This document shows, piece by piece, positions 37,078 to 47,311 of a stretch of 64,000 bases of DNA. Made by a program: the position numbers and the translations under genes. This DNA comes from Deltaproteobacteria bacterium. Lineage in GTDB: Bacteria > Myxococcota_A > Polyangia > JAAYKL01. The stretch spans positions 6,356 to 70,355 of the forward strand of contig JAKQNG010000241.1 in NCBI GenBank assembly GCA_029565915.1, read 5' to 3'. Numbering within the stretch: the stretch's first letter is position 1; every line of letters starts with the position of its first letter. The notes under the pieces were generated by a model, which worked only from the letters and a program-made list of their open reading frames with translations, was not told the origin of the DNA and ran no database searches.

Positions 37078-37794
37078 TCAGCGGTCGATGCCGCCGGTGA
37101 TGGCGACGCACAGTACCGCGGCGGCCACGGCGGCGGTCTCGATGCGCAGAATCAGATTGGAAAAGCAAACGGCTTCAAATCCCGCGTCCAGGGCCAGTTG
37201 CACCTCGTCCCCGGAAAAGCCCCCTTCGGGACCGATGGCCGCGATGACCGGGCCGTCGATCCGGGACTGCAGCAGGGCAGCGGCGGTGCGCCCTTCCCCG
37301 GGATGAAACATCACGCGTATTCCCTGTGCATCGCGCAGCGCATCGGCCAGCCCGGTCACGTCATCCACGATGAGCGGCGTCCGGCGCCGACACTGGCGGA
37401 TGGATTCCTTTGCGATTCGTCGCCAGCGGTCCAGCCGGGCCTCGCCGGGAGATGCCGTCGAGTGGGCACAGGCCACGGGCGTCAATCGCTCCACGCCGAG
37501 CTCGCTCAACTGGCGAATGACGTCGTCAAAAATATTCCCCTTTGGCACCGCACACAGGATGCGCACCGGCGATGCCGCAGCCGCGGGTGCCAGCTCCTCC
37601 GCCACGACCATGTCCGCCCGCTCTTTTCCAACGCTGGAAACGGCACCCCGGAATACGCGGCCGGCGGGCGTCTGCAGCAGCACCTCATCGCCCACCCGAT
37701 GGCGGCGCACGGCGGACAGATAGTGCAGTTCGTCTCCCGCAATGGACACGCTGTGCCCGGACTGCACCTCCACGTCGACAAGGATCCGCGTCAC
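37078..37794 (-). CDS. rsmE: 16S rRNA (uracil1498-N3)-methyltransferase
   Basis: HYLSAVRRHRVGDEV, ILCAVPKGNIFDDVIRQLSELGV, GPEGGFS, RIETAAV. The GTG start overlaps the prmA stop (GTGA). Confidence 0.85.
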   Translation of the reverse strand: MTRILVDVEVQSGHSVSIAGDELHYLSAVRRHRVGDEVLLQTPAGRVFRGAVSSVGKERADMVVAEELAPAAAASPVRILCAVPKGNIFDDVIRQLSELGVERLTPVACAHSTASPGEARLDRWRRIAKESIRQCRRRTPLIVDDVTGLADALRDAQGIRVMFHPGEGRTAAALLQSRIDGPVIAAIGPEGGFSGDEVQLALDAGFEAVCFSNLILRIETAAVAAAVLCVAITGGIDR

Positions 37795-38660
37795 GACGCC
37801 TTCCTGCGCAGCAGCAGGCCCAGCCACCCTTCCCGCTCGCGCAGTTCCTCCACCTCAAATCCGGAAAACAGGTTCAGGCAGTCGTCTTTCTGTTCCAGCA
37901 GGATGCCCGACACGATCAGCCTTCCGCCGGGAGCCACCAGCCGGGTGATGTCCGCGGCGCAGTCCGCAAAAACCGCGAGCTGAATGTTGGCCAGCGCCAG
38001 CGGCCACTGACCATCCAGATCGGCCGGCACCGCCGTCCGCGCTTCGATGGATTTTCCAACCCCGTTGCGCGCGGCATTTTCCTCCACCGCCCGGGTTGCC
38101 AGCTCGTCAATGTCCACCGCCAGTGCCTGTTCGGCGCCCAGTCGCACGGCGCCAATGGCCAGCACGCCGGAACCCGCGCCCACATCCAGCACCCGCCGGG
38201 GAATCTGCCCTTCCCGGGCCATGCGGACCAGGTATTCCAGCACCAGTCGCGTGGTGGCGTGTCCGCCGGTGCCGAAGGCCTGTCCCGGGTCGATGACCAG
38301 CGTTATGCCGTCGAACCCGGTGGATGCCATCCAGGGGGTGATGACCCGCAGGCCGTCCAGCTCCACGGGAGCAAAGAACTTCTTCCAGCCTTCGCTCCAT
38401 CCGTCGTCCACGATGTCCTGCGAACAGATTTCCAGCTCCGGATGATCCGTTGACAGAACGAGCAATGCTGCGTCTCTGGCAGATGCTTCTTCGAAACCGG
38501 CAATGAGCACCACCGCGTCGACGCGGGAAGGCCCGGACAGCGTGGTGGCATCCCGGGTTTCCACTGCCACGGCGCCCAGATCGGTCAAATCCCAGGCCAG
38601 CAGCTCGGCGGCGTCCGGGTGCGCTGTAACGATCAAGCCCGGTGCGGACAATCGGTCCAT
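37791..38660 (-). CDS. prmA: Ribosomal protein L11 methyltransferase
   Basis: Internal start MDRLSAPG.. (38660); W..GWKKFF.PV; IDPGQAFGTGGHATT; VLDVGAGSGVLAI; DID. The ATG overlaps the stop of the giant TPR gene by 1 nt (TGATG). Confidence 0.85.
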   Translation of the reverse strand: MDRLSAPGLIVTAHPDAAELLAWDLTDLGAVAVETRDATTLSGPSRVDAVVLIAGFEEASARDAALLVLSTDHPELEICSQDIVDDGWSEGWKKFFAPVELDGLRVITPWMASTGFDGITLVIDPGQAFGTGGHATTRLVLEYLVRMAREGQIPRRVLDVGAGSGVLAIGAVRLGAEQALAVDIDELATRAVEENAARNGVGKSIEARTAVPADLDGQWPLALANIQLAVFADCAADITRLVAPGGRLIVSGILLEQKDDCLNLFSGFEVEELREREGWLGLLLRRKAS

Positions 38661-41600
38661 CAGTTTCTCCTCTTCGTTTCCTGTCGCAGGCGGGCCAGCA
38701 GCATCAGGGCATCCCGCTTGTCCGTTCCCTGAAGGTCCGGCGCATAGCGCTCCAGCAGCTCGATGATGTCGGCCTTCGGCCACTCGCCGGTGTGCGACAG
38801 GGAGCTGGCAAACTGGAACATCCGCAACGGATCCACACTGAAATGGGGCGCCACCACCCTTAGTCGCTCCAGATTCGACGTCACCACGCTAAAATCGCCA
38901 TTCTTCCAGGCGCAATCCGCCAGCCCCAGCAGAACATCCGGCTCCCGCGGCGCAATGCGCGCCACTTCCTGATAAAGCGACTGGGCCCGCCGATAGTCTT
39001 CGAGCTGATCGTAGTAAATCCGGGCGGCCCCGACATAGAAATCAATCTGCTCGTCGCCGGCGGACATCATGGCCAGTTTTTCCAGAGTCCGCGCGGCGGC
39101 CGCAAATTCGCCGAGGGCGCGGTACACCTCCACGAGGGCAAAGAGGGTTTTCGCGTCCCCCGGCGCCAGGGCATCCGCCCGCTCAAAATGGCGCCGCGCC
39201 TGGGCCGCATCCTTCACCGTCCAGAAGGCAGCGCCGATTTTTCGATGCATGGGTGCGGTCAGCGCGCCGGACGCCGCGGCCCCCAGAGCATCCCAGGCCA
39301 GCAGCACCGTGTCGATTTCGGCGCCATCGTCCACCGTTCGCAAAAAGCCTTCGAGGCCGCCGGTCATCTGCGGCGCCCGATCCACCAGCTCCCGGTACAG
39401 GGAAAGGGCCCCGGCGGTGTCGCCCCGTTCCTCGGCGGTCCGTGCGCGCCAGTACACCACGTCCGGATGCCACGGACCTTCCGTCAGGGCATTCAGGCAT
39501 CCTTCCAGGGCGGTATAGTCTCCGCGGCGGAAGTAGATTTCGGCCAGCGCCATGGACGCTTCCCGGTGTCCGGCGCAGATGTCCACCGCGCGGGCAAACG
39601 CGGCCACCGCACCGTCTTCGTCACCCAGCCGGTCCCGGTTCAGTCGACCGAGGGCAACCCATGTGCTGCACGCATCCTGCGGCGAAAGGGGCAACTCCAG
39701 TCGGCGTTCCATATGGGAGGCCAGCAGCCCCCATCGCCCTTCCGATTCCAGAAGGGACATCAGTTCTTCCCAGTAGGCATTCACCGCCGGCAGGAGCTTC
39801 ACCAGCCGCGCGAGCACATCCACCCGATCCTGGGCCTCGCTCATGCGCAGCTCCAGCTCCAGAATCGTCCGCTGATCCTCCGGGCGCAATCGCGACACGT
39901 CGCTGCCCAGCTTCTCGAGCAACTGCTCCAGCTCCCGGCGTTCCCCCGGCCCGTCGAGCAGTGCAATGAGCCGGAACAGCACCACCGCATCCGATTTGCG
40001 AACAACCGCCTGCCGCAGCAGCTCCTTCTCCGCCGATCGATTGCCGGTGCGGGCCGCGAGGTCCGCCGCTTTCAGAATTTCGTCAACACCACCTTCGGGC
40101 CCGCGTGCCTGTTCCGAGGCCAGCGACAGCGCATCTTCCGCCCGCCCGGTCTCTTCGAGCATCCCCATCAGATGGGACACGGCGTCTCCCGACAGGGCGC
40201 CCATCCGCCAGAGGGCCATCAGATCATCTGCGGCACCGGACCGATCGGCCAGTCGCGTTTCCCGCAGAGATGCCCGCCGGCGCAACAATTCCGTCCGCTC
40301 GGTCTCCCTGGCGCGCTCCATCTGCAGGCCCAGAAGCTCCTCCACCTCCATCCAGCGTCCCTGATCGACGGCCAGCGCCTCCGCCGCACGGACCAGCGCC
40401 GCAAATCCCGGATTGCCCCGGGCGGCCTTCACCCACGTGTCGAGCGGCACCGCGCCGTGGGCCAGGGCCCGCTCCAGCGCCGCTTCCGCCTCCGGCTGGG
40501 CGCGATTGCCAAAATACAGCAGGGCCAGGGAGAGCTCCACACCAGCCACCTCAGTCTCTCCGAGAATTTTTGACAGTCCGTCCACACAGCGGGCCAGCAG
40601 CTGAGGATGCTTCTGTTCCAGGGCAATGCGGGCCGTCTTTTCAAACAGCGCCCCCGCTTCCGGATGGGACTTGTCCAGCTCCGCCGCCGCCAGCAGGTGA
40701 CCAGCGCCCACCATCTGCTCGCCCCTGGCAAGGGCAATATCCGCCAGTGTCAACAGACGCGCACGCTCCTTCGCCGGATTCGATCCCTTCACCGATGACA
40801 ACAGGGACACGATTTCATCCGTGTTCCCCTTGTCCTTCAGGTGTTCCACCAGCATGTCCCGCACGTACTCATCGTCCTTTGCAAACCGGCGCAGCACGTC
40901 CACCATCTGGTCGTTGCGCCCCGAACGCCGCAGGGCCGCGCCGAGCATCCTTGCCGACTCCGCGTCCGGATGAACCTGATAGGCCTTCCACAGGGCGTCC
41001 GCCGCTTCGTCGAGCAACCCTTCCGCGGACAGGAAATCCGCCGCCCGCAGCAGGTCGGCCACACCGTCACGAGGGGCAAACCGCACCAGTCCCCGCGCCA
41101 GTTCCACCCGATCACCACTGGCTTCGAGAAGCGCGATCATCTTGTTGCGGGCCCGCTCGCTTTCCGGGTCCATTTCGAGGATCGCTTCGTAGAAACGCCG
41201 TGCCGCCCCCGCATCCCGGAGGCTGTCCCAGGCCATTCCGGCGGCCAGCTCGTAGAGTTCAACGGCATCCGGCTCCGGCACGTTCTGGGCGACCCGGGAA
41301 ATCACTTCCAGCGCCTCCGCCGTTTTTCCAAGGGGAGGCGCCGCTGCAGCCATGGCCTTCACCGCCCGGCTGCGCAACTCCGACGGCCCTGATCCGGCCG
41401 CAATGGCCGCTTCGAAGGCACCTTGAAAATCGCCGATTCGCAGGGACGATTCCGCTTCTCCGAGGGCGGCCCGGTAGTGATCGACCGAACTCGCGCCCTG
41501 CCGCGCCCGCGCAAACATATCCCGGGCCAGGGCGAATTCTTTTTCATCAAAGAAAATGCGACCCAGATCGAGCAGCACCGCAGGACGATTGTCCGCCGGC

Positions 41601-44086
41601 AGGTCCGGCAGCGCATCCCGCAGCAGCTCCGCGCCGCGCTTGCGTTCGCCCGATGTGATGAGAATCCGACCCAGACGACACATGGCAGCCGACGCATCCC
41701 CACGTCGACCCGTCGCCCGGTATCTGGAAATCAGCAGCTCCAGTTCGGTGCCCATGTGCGCCGTGTCCCCCAGCCGCTCCAGCGCCTCCACCATGCCTTC
41801 CCGCGCTTCAAAAACCTCGCTGTCGTCCGCGATGGCCCGCCGGAACCACTCCAGCGCGCCCCTCGGATCTTCAAACGAACGCAGCCGCAGACGGCCGATT
41901 TCCTCCGCCATGCGGGCGCGGGCCGACCCTTCCGCCATGCCCGCGTACCGGCGCCGGAGGGTTTCTTCCAGGGGACGGACCGCCCCGGCGGCCCGGGTGG
42001 CCTGAATGTACACATCCATGAGGCCCGGGTGGTCCGGATGCACGTTCAGCGCGCTCTCCAGCGTGGCCATGGCCGGCTGGTATTCGCCCGCCGACACCCG
42101 TGCCCGGGTCAGGCGCAGCACTGTCTCCACGGGAATCCGATCCGGACTCGTGCCCCGCACCAGCTCCTTTTCAAGGGTGGACGCCAGTTCACCCCAGCGC
42201 TTCTGTTTTTCGAGGACCTGCATCTGCAGGCCGGCGGCCGCTTCTGCCGTATCTTCACAGGTGGCTGCCACCTTCAGCCATCGCTCGGCGCCCGCGTAGT
42301 CTTCCCGGTGGGAAAAATACAGCCGGGCGGCGGTCAGGGCCCAGTTTCCCCGCACCCGATCCCGGCGCCGATCCCGGGACAGCGCTTCTTCGTAATGCAA
42401 CAGGCCTTCGTCGATGCGTCCCAGGGCCACCAGCGCACCGGCGAGGAGCGCTTCCGTGTCGCTGTCCCAGTGCTTCTGAAGGGCATCCCGCAGCCGGGGA
42501 ATCGCCAGATCCGGCTCCCCCTGGCGAATCCAGATTTCACCAATGGCGGACAGTGCCGCCGCGGCACCCGACCCGTCGCCCCGTTCCGCGCACGTGACCG
42601 CGAGCTGTTCAAAACCCACGATGGCGCGCTGCACTTCGCCGATTCCGGCCAGGGATTCCGCCAACCCCCAGGCTGCCTCTTCGCTGTCCGGCGCTGCCAG
42701 GGCCGCCCGTTCAAAATGACGCACCGCCGCCGCACAATCGTCCACCATCAACAGGAGCCGGCCGGCCTGTACGTGGGCATCCGGCTGATCATCCTTGTCG
42801 CGATGGAGCGCGATCCATCCCGGAATCAGCGCCGCCACCTTTTCCGCATGTTTCATCCGGGCATGAATCCGGATGAGCAGGTGCATGGCGCCCGCGTCTT
42901 CCCGCCGGGCCGCCAGGGCCCTCTCCAGAAATGGAATTGCCCGCTCCGGGGCCCGGTCCTGCAGAAGCTGTCCGAGACGCCGGGCTGCTTCGATTGCCTC
43001 CAGTGGATGACTGTGCTCAAACAGCCGCGAAAGGGCCTCCACCTCGCCGTCCCCATTGTCCCCGATGGCCGCGCCGTGGGCCAGTACGGCTGCGGTGTCG
43101 TCCCGCCGCCCGAATGCCGCGTCGTTGTCCCGCAGATATCGCAGCACCGTCTCCCGCAGCATCGGATTGAGCACGTCCAGCATACCCAGTCGCGTGGCCA
43201 CCGACGGATTGTCCGGGGTCCGCTCCAGCAGCCGGGTGCAGGCCTGCCGGGCGTCCGCCAGCTCTCCGGCGGCCAGCAGGCCGTCCGCCTCCTCACTGAA
43301 GCGGAGTTCCTCAAGGCGTCGCAGACGATCCATGGACAGCCGGTTCTTCGACAGCGCCATGTCTTCGGTCCCGAACTCCCGGGACTTCCATTCCAGCTCG
43401 CATCGATCGGGGAGCAGCTCGAAGCCCGTCAGGCACAGGTCATCACAGGCAGGCAATCGCCATCCCCGGCGGGGCAGCACCCGCATGAGGGCGGCGCGGA
43501 CCGGGTCCTGGAGCTTGAGCGAAATGCCGTCGAGCCCTGCCCCGGACAGCTCTGCCGTGATGATCGCCGCAATCCGCAGCAGCGGGGCGGGAAGTGCGCC
43601 GTAGCCGCGGACATCGTCGATGACAAACGCGATCTGCTGCTCCTTGATGAACGGCAGCAGCCGGAAGGTCACTGGCATCGCCGAGTCCGGCGGGCCGTAG
43701 TCCGCGGCCACACAGACAGCGTCTTCCTGAAACGACAGCTTCGGATGGCGGACCCAGCTTCCCGCGGTCAGGCGGGTCCCGGCGGCGGACAGCAGCGCAT
43801 CGAGGCCAACGACGACCTTCAAACGGGCGAGCTTCAGACGCCGATTGCGCAGCCCGCGCACCCCTTTTGACACATCAAAGGGAAAGGCAATCTGGGGAAT
43901 GGCCATTTCCAGGGCCTCCAGGCGGATGGCCGGCGCGATGTCCTCGTCCTGCAGCACCAGCACACCCCGTCCCTGGGAAAACCGCAGGGAAAACCCATCC
44001 GTTCCCGGCACCTCCGGAGACGTTTCCGCCTTCGGCCGCTTCGGCACCCGTCGCTCACTTCCCTCTGTCAGTCTCAGTCGTTTCAC
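38660..44086 (-). CDS. Giant (about 1800 aa) TPR/helical-repeat protein with a ~250-aa non-repeat N-terminal domain
   Basis: Single uninterrupted ORF. The N-terminal domain has no motif I recognise. More than 1500 aa of Ala/Leu/Arg-rich TPR-like repeats follow. The GTG start at 44086 is uncertain. Confidence 0.75.
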   Translation of the reverse strand: MKRLRLTEGSERRVPKRPKAETSPEVPGTDGFSLRFSQGRGVLVLQDEDIAPAIRLEALEMAIPQIAFPFDVSKGVRGLRNRRLKLARLKVVVGLDALLSAAGTRLTAGSWVRHPKLSFQEDAVCVAADYGPPDSAMPVTFRLLPFIKEQQIAFVIDDVRGYGALPAPLLRIAAIITAELSGAGLDGISLKLQDPVRAALMRVLPRRGWRLPACDDLCLTGFELLPDRCELEWKSREFGTEDMALSKNRLSMDRLRRLEELRFSEEADGLLAAGELADARQACTRLLERTPDNPSVATRLGMLDVLNPMLRETVLRYLRDNDAAFGRRDDTAAVLAHGAAIGDNGDGEVEALSRLFEHSHPLEAIEAARRLGQLLQDRAPERAIPFLERALAARREDAGAMHLLIRIHARMKHAEKVAALIPGWIALHRDKDDQPDAHVQAGRLLLMVDDCAAAVRHFERAALAAPDSEEAAWGLAESLAGIGEVQRAIVGFEQLAVTCAERGDGSGAAAALSAIGEIWIRQGEPDLAIPRLRDALQKHWDSDTEALLAGALVALGRIDEGLLHYEEALSRDRRRDRVRGNWALTAARLYFSHREDYAGAERWLKVAATCEDTAEAAAGLQMQVLEKQKRWGELASTLEKELVRGTSPDRIPVETVLRLTRARVSAGEYQPAMATLESALNVHPDHPGLMDVYIQATRAAGAVRPLEETLRRRYAGMAEGSARARMAEEIGRLRLRSFEDPRGALEWFRRAIADDSEVFEAREGMVEALERLGDTAHMGTELELLISRYRATGRRGDASAAMCRLGRILITSGERKRGAELLRDALPDLPADNRPAVLLDLGRIFFDEKEFALARDMFARARQGASSVDHYRAALGEAESSLRIGDFQGAFEAAIAAGSGPSELRSRAVKAMAAAAPPLGKTAEALEVISRVAQNVPEPDAVELYELAAGMAWDSLRDAGAARRFYEAILEMDPESERARNKMIALLEASGDRVELARGLVRFAPRDGVADLLRAADFLSAEGLLDEAADALWKAYQVHPDAESARMLGAALRRSGRNDQMVDVLRRFAKDDEYVRDMLVEHLKDKGNTDEIVSLLSSVKGSNPAKERARLLTLADIALARGEQMVGAGHLLAAAELDKSHPEAGALFEKTARIALEQKHPQLLARCVDGLSKILGETEVAGVELSLALLYFGNRAQPEAEAALERALAHGAVPLDTWVKAARGNPGFAALVRAAEALAVDQGRWMEVEELLGLQMERARETERTELLRRRASLRETRLADRSGAADDLMALWRMGALSGDAVSHLMGMLEETGRAEDALSLASEQARGPEGGVDEILKAADLAARTGNRSAEKELLRQAVVRKSDAVVLFRLIALLDGPGERRELEQLLEKLGSDVSRLRPEDQRTILELELRMSEAQDRVDVLARLVKLLPAVNAYWEELMSLLESEGRWGLLASHMERRLELPLSPQDACSTWVALGRLNRDRLGDEDGAVAAFARAVDICAGHREASMALAEIYFRRGDYTALEGCLNALTEGPWHPDVVYWRARTAEERGDTAGALSLYRELVDRAPQMTGGLEGFLRTVDDGAEIDTVLLAWDALGAAASGALTAPMHRKIGAAFWTVKDAAQARRHFERADALAPGDAKTLFALVEVYRALGEFAAAARTLEKLAMMSAGDEQIDFYVGAARIYYDQLEDYRRAQSLYQEVARIAPREPDVLLGLADCAWKNGDFSVVTSNLERLRVVAPHFSVDPLRMFQFASSLSHTGEWPKADIIELLERYAPDLQGTDKRDALMLLARLRQETKRRN

Positions 44087-44247
44087 GCGCGTCCCAAAAT
44101 TGTCGCATCATGATAGCACCGAACAACGCGCGGTCGCCAGAAACAGTTCACCGCGGGCCCGGATTTCCCGGCAGTTGACGGTGCCGGGTCAATGTGCCAA
44201 GGTCGGACGATTTCAGGGCAGGCGCAACAGCCGGAGGCGGAACCATC

Positions 44248-44877
44248 ATGGAAGACCGATACAGGGGCGAAAAAGTACTCGTATTCCCCAGATCATTGCT
44301 CGATGAACTGGGCAGTTTCAACGGCACCAGCAGCGAAATTGACCACTACATGGCCGCCATCCTGACAAGCGGCAACAACCATTTTCACGACCGCTGCCTC
44401 GCGGAGGGCGATCCATCCTGGAAACAGATCATTGCCTATGTGGTATTCCGCTGCGGTGATCGCGTCTTCTCCTATGTGCGGGGCCGGAAGGCCGGCGAAC
44501 AGCGACTGGTGGGCAACCGATCCATCGGCATCGGCGGCCACGTGAATCCCATCGACCGGCAGGTGAGCGACAACCGCACCGGCGAAGACCTGGCCACCTA
44601 CATGGAAGCCGTGCGCCGGGAAATCAGCGAAGAAGTCGTGGTCGACGAAGCCGTCCAACCGCGGATCGTCGCCCTGCTGAATGACGATACCAACGAGGTG
44701 GGCAAGGTGCATTTCGGCGTCATCCACGTCTGCGACCTGACAACCCCGGCCGTCCGCAAAAAAGAACAGCAGATCACCGAATCGGGATTTCTGCCCATCG
44801 CCGAACTGGCGGGTCCCCGCCTGGACGAGCTGGAAAACTGGTCGCGCATCGCCATCGAATTTCTGAATACGCACTGA
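44248..44877 (+). CDS. Divergent NUDIX-like hydrolase family protein
   Basis: ATG 44248 after GGAGG. GIGGHV..(insert)..EAVRREISEEVVV resembles a Nudix box (REUxEE) with a non-canonical spacing. Confidence 0.5.
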   Translation: MEDRYRGEKVLVFPRSLLDELGSFNGTSSEIDHYMAAILTSGNNHFHDRCLAEGDPSWKQIIAYVVFRCGDRVFSYVRGRKAGEQRLVGNRSIGIGGHVNPIDRQVSDNRTGEDLATYMEAVRREISEEVVVDEAVQPRIVALLNDDTNEVGKVHFGVIHVCDLTTPAVRKKEQQITESGFLPIAELAGPRLDELENWSRIAIEFLNTH

Positions 44878-44905
44878 ATCGCATCATCCGGATGTCCGGT
44901 TGATC

Positions 44906-45457
44906 CTACTTGGGCACGCAGGCCATGTGACCGAGGGCGACGCTGTAGGTGCAGTTCTCGTGAGAAAAGCACGCCTGCTGCTGGAATGACCCGCCGGCGC
45001 AGTGGTACACCCACGAATCGTTGGAATTGCAGCAACCATAGGCCTGTTGTTCCGGGGTTGCTCCGATGTCCGCGCATTGGAAAATCGAATCACTCGGACA
45101 CTGCACGTCGCCCATTCCGGTATCGGTCGACGGTTCCGAACCGGTATCGACAGCCGTGTCCGTTCCCGTGTCCGTTCCCGTGTCCGACCCGGTATCCGTT
45201 CCGGTATCCGTTCCCGTATCTGTCGCGGTAGCGGTATCCGGCTGGGTGTCCGTTCCCGTGTCCGTCGCAGTATCGGTGTCCGTGTCGCTGTCCGCGTCCG
45301 TGTCACTGTCGCTGTCCGCGTCGGTATCCGTATCCGCAGAGTCCGTAGATGTCTCCGAATCCAGTCCGTACGCGGGGTCCGTCAGCTCCGACGTCGCGCA
45401 GGACAGGACCAACCCGGGCAGCAGCACCACTGCCCATCGCCTGAACCACCTGTTCAT
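44906..45457 (-). CDS. Lipoprotein with poly-Asp-Thr/Ser linker and C-terminal 8-Cys domain
   Basis: MNRWFRRWAVVLLPGLVLSCA lipobox; ~85 aa of D-T/S-G repeats; C-terminus VQCPSDSIFQCADIG..YGCCNSNDSWVYHCAGGSFQQQACFSHENCTY..MACVPK. Confidence 0.6.
   Translation of the reverse strand: MNRWFRRWAVVLLPGLVLSCATSELTDPAYGLDSETSTDSADTDTDADSDSDTDADSDTDTDTATDTGTDTQPDTATATDTGTDTGTDTGSDTGTDTGTDTAVDTGSEPSTDTGMGDVQCPSDSIFQCADIGATPEQQAYGCCNSNDSWVYHCAGGSFQQQACFSHENCTYSVALGHMACVPK
45118..45362 (-). repeat. In-frame tandem 6/12-nt repeats encoding the D-T/S linker
   Basis: Runs of gtgtccgttccc / ggtatccgttcc / gtgtcgctgtcc units. Confidence 0.85.
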
Positions 45458-45479
45458 GTTTGCTATTCCTCCTGTCTGT

Positions 45480-46097
45480 TCATTGGGCGCGCACCAGCTC
45501 CGCCTCCAGATCGGCGAAGAAAGAGCGCACGAGTCTCCCTTGATCCGCAATTGAACTGCCCAGCGCACTCTGCAGGGCAAATCCTTCCATCATCCCCACA
45601 CCGAGGGCAAAAATATCGGGCATCCGCTGAGTCAGATCCTCCGGCAGCGTCACATGGTCCCGGCGGGACACGGCCACCGCCAGCTCCATGAATCTGGAAG
45701 TGATCTCCTCAATCAGACGGGCCCGCGTGTCGGCAAAGCGCCGGTCGTTCAACACTTCCGGCAGCAGCCGCACCCAGAGGCGATCCGCCCGCCGCGCCGC
45801 GTTCTCCGGCATGGAATAACGACCGAACAGGCGGAACACGGTTTCGGAAAGTGACAGGTTCCAGGCCACGCACTCGTCCATGTCGAATTCCGACAGCGCC
45901 CGATAGCAACCGGCAAACAACTCCAGCGCCACATCGGAACGATTGCCGAAAAACCGGTAGATCCCTCCTTTGGAAAGACCCGTGCGCCGCACGATGGCCT
46001 CCATGGAAAAATCCGCATACCCTTTCTCGTCAATTTCACACTTCGCGGCTTCCAGAATGTCTGAGATCCACTCTTCTCTGGCTCTGTGCCTCGTCAT
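45480..46097 (-). CDS. TetR/AcrR-family transcriptional regulator
   Basis: N-terminal HTH FSMEAIVRRTGLSKGGIYRFFGNRSDVALEL. Confidence 0.85.
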   Translation of the reverse strand: MTRHRAREEWISDILEAAKCEIDEKGYADFSMEAIVRRTGLSKGGIYRFFGNRSDVALELFAGCYRALSEFDMDECVAWNLSLSETVFRLFGRYSMPENAARRADRLWVRLLPEVLNDRRFADTRARLIEEITSRFMELAVAVSRRDHVTLPEDLTQRMPDIFALGVGMMEGFALQSALGSSIADQGRLVRSFFADLEAELVRAQ

Positions 46098-46202
46098 TTT
46101 CGCTCCGTCGGGTGGTCGCTGGATGATGAATTGTCTGCAATTATGAACCGGATCGACGGTTTCGTCCAGCGCCGTTCCGCATTCAAAAATGTCTTCGCGC
46201 CT

Positions 46203-47234
46203 TTACTGGACGCGTTCATCCGGCGCGGGAGAGAAACCGGCGGCCAGCAGGGCCTGCATGTCCGCGGGCAGAGGGGATTCGATGACCACCTGCTGCCGGG
46301 TTACCGGATGGCGGAACTCCAGACGCGCCGCATGGAGCGCCTGTCGCCGATGGCCGGCCCGCCGGATGATGTCTTCGGTCAGGCCGCCGTGGATGTAGTC
46401 GAGAAACAGGGACTCGTCAGGCCCGTAGAGCTTGTCGCCCACGATGGTGTGGCCGATGTGATCGAGGTGGACCCGGAGCTGGTGCTGCCGGCCGGTCCTC
46501 GGTTTCAGGCGCACGAAGGTGCAGTCGCCGATGACGCGGATGGTCTCATATTCGGTGAGGGCGGGCATCCCCTGCGGATCGCCGCACCACATGCGGGCCT
46601 TGACGATGCTGTGGGGATTGGGAGCAATGGGAACTTCAATCCGTCCCGATGGCGGATCGAGGATGCCCCGGACGATGGCCACGTACTGTTTGCGCACGTC
46701 CCTTCTGGCAAACATCTTCTTCATCTCCCGCTCCGCGTCGAGGTCCCGGGTGCAGAGGAGCACACCGGAAGTTTCCGCGTCGATGCGATGGGCCAGGTTG
46801 GGGCGATTTTCCCGCCCGAATCGTTCCTCCAGCAGCCAGGTGACCGTGTGGTGGTGGTGTTTCGCGGTGGGGTGAACGGGCAGTCCGGGAGGTTTGTCTA
46901 CGGCGATGAACCACTCGTCCTCATACAGTACGACCAGCTCCGCATCCGGCACCGGTTCGTCCGGCGGACTGCGGTACATGACGATGCATTCGCCCGTGCG
47001 CATCCGTTGATCCGCCTTCATGGGACGGCCGTTGCCGTCGAAGGCGCGGACCTTGAAAATCTGCTGAATGCGGTTGCGCGACAGGCGGGGAATCCGGTGG
47101 GCCACAAAGCGATCCGCCCGCCAGCCCGCGTACTGGGGCGTCACCTCGATAACCAGCTCCAGGTAGTCTTCGGGAATCTGTGGGGGGCGTTCAAACACCG
47201 GCGCATGGTAGCAGAAGCGGCAACCCGGGGGCAA
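46203..47234 (-). CDS. RluA-family (RluD/RluC-like) pseudouridine synthase with S4 domain
   Basis: S4-like RADRFVAHRIPRLSRNRIQQ; catalytic HRIDAETSGVLL; KQYVAIVRG. Start codon is uncertain (TTG 47234 or GTG 47198). Confidence 0.85.
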   Translation of the reverse strand: MPPGCRFCYHAPVFERPPQIPEDYLELVIEVTPQYAGWRADRFVAHRIPRLSRNRIQQIFKVRAFDGNGRPMKADQRMRTGECIVMYRSPPDEPVPDAELVVLYEDEWFIAVDKPPGLPVHPTAKHHHHTVTWLLEERFGRENRPNLAHRIDAETSGVLLCTRDLDAEREMKKMFARRDVRKQYVAIVRGILDPPSGRIEVPIAPNPHSIVKARMWCGDPQGMPALTEYETIRVIGDCTFVRLKPRTGRQHQLRVHLDHIGHTIVGDKLYGPDESLFLDYIHGGLTEDIIRRAGHRRQALHAARLEFRHPVTRQQVVIESPLPADMQALLAAGFSPAPDERVQ

Positions 47235-47276
47235 TCCGCTGGACTGGTAAGGATTTGTGCAATTTTAAAATTTAAA

Positions 47277-47305
47277 TTGAAATCTACACAATCTATGTGC
47301 ATATT
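47277..47305 (+). promoter_or_regulatory. Sigma70-like promoter candidate placed for a leaderless transcript
   Basis: -35 TTGAAA (47277-82), 17-nt spacer, -10 CATATT (47300-05). The A of ATG 47312 is 7 nt downstream and there is no SD. The 12-nt palindrome aattttaaaatt (47261-72) lies just upstream. Confidence 0.35.
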
Positions 47306-47311
47306 TAAAAT

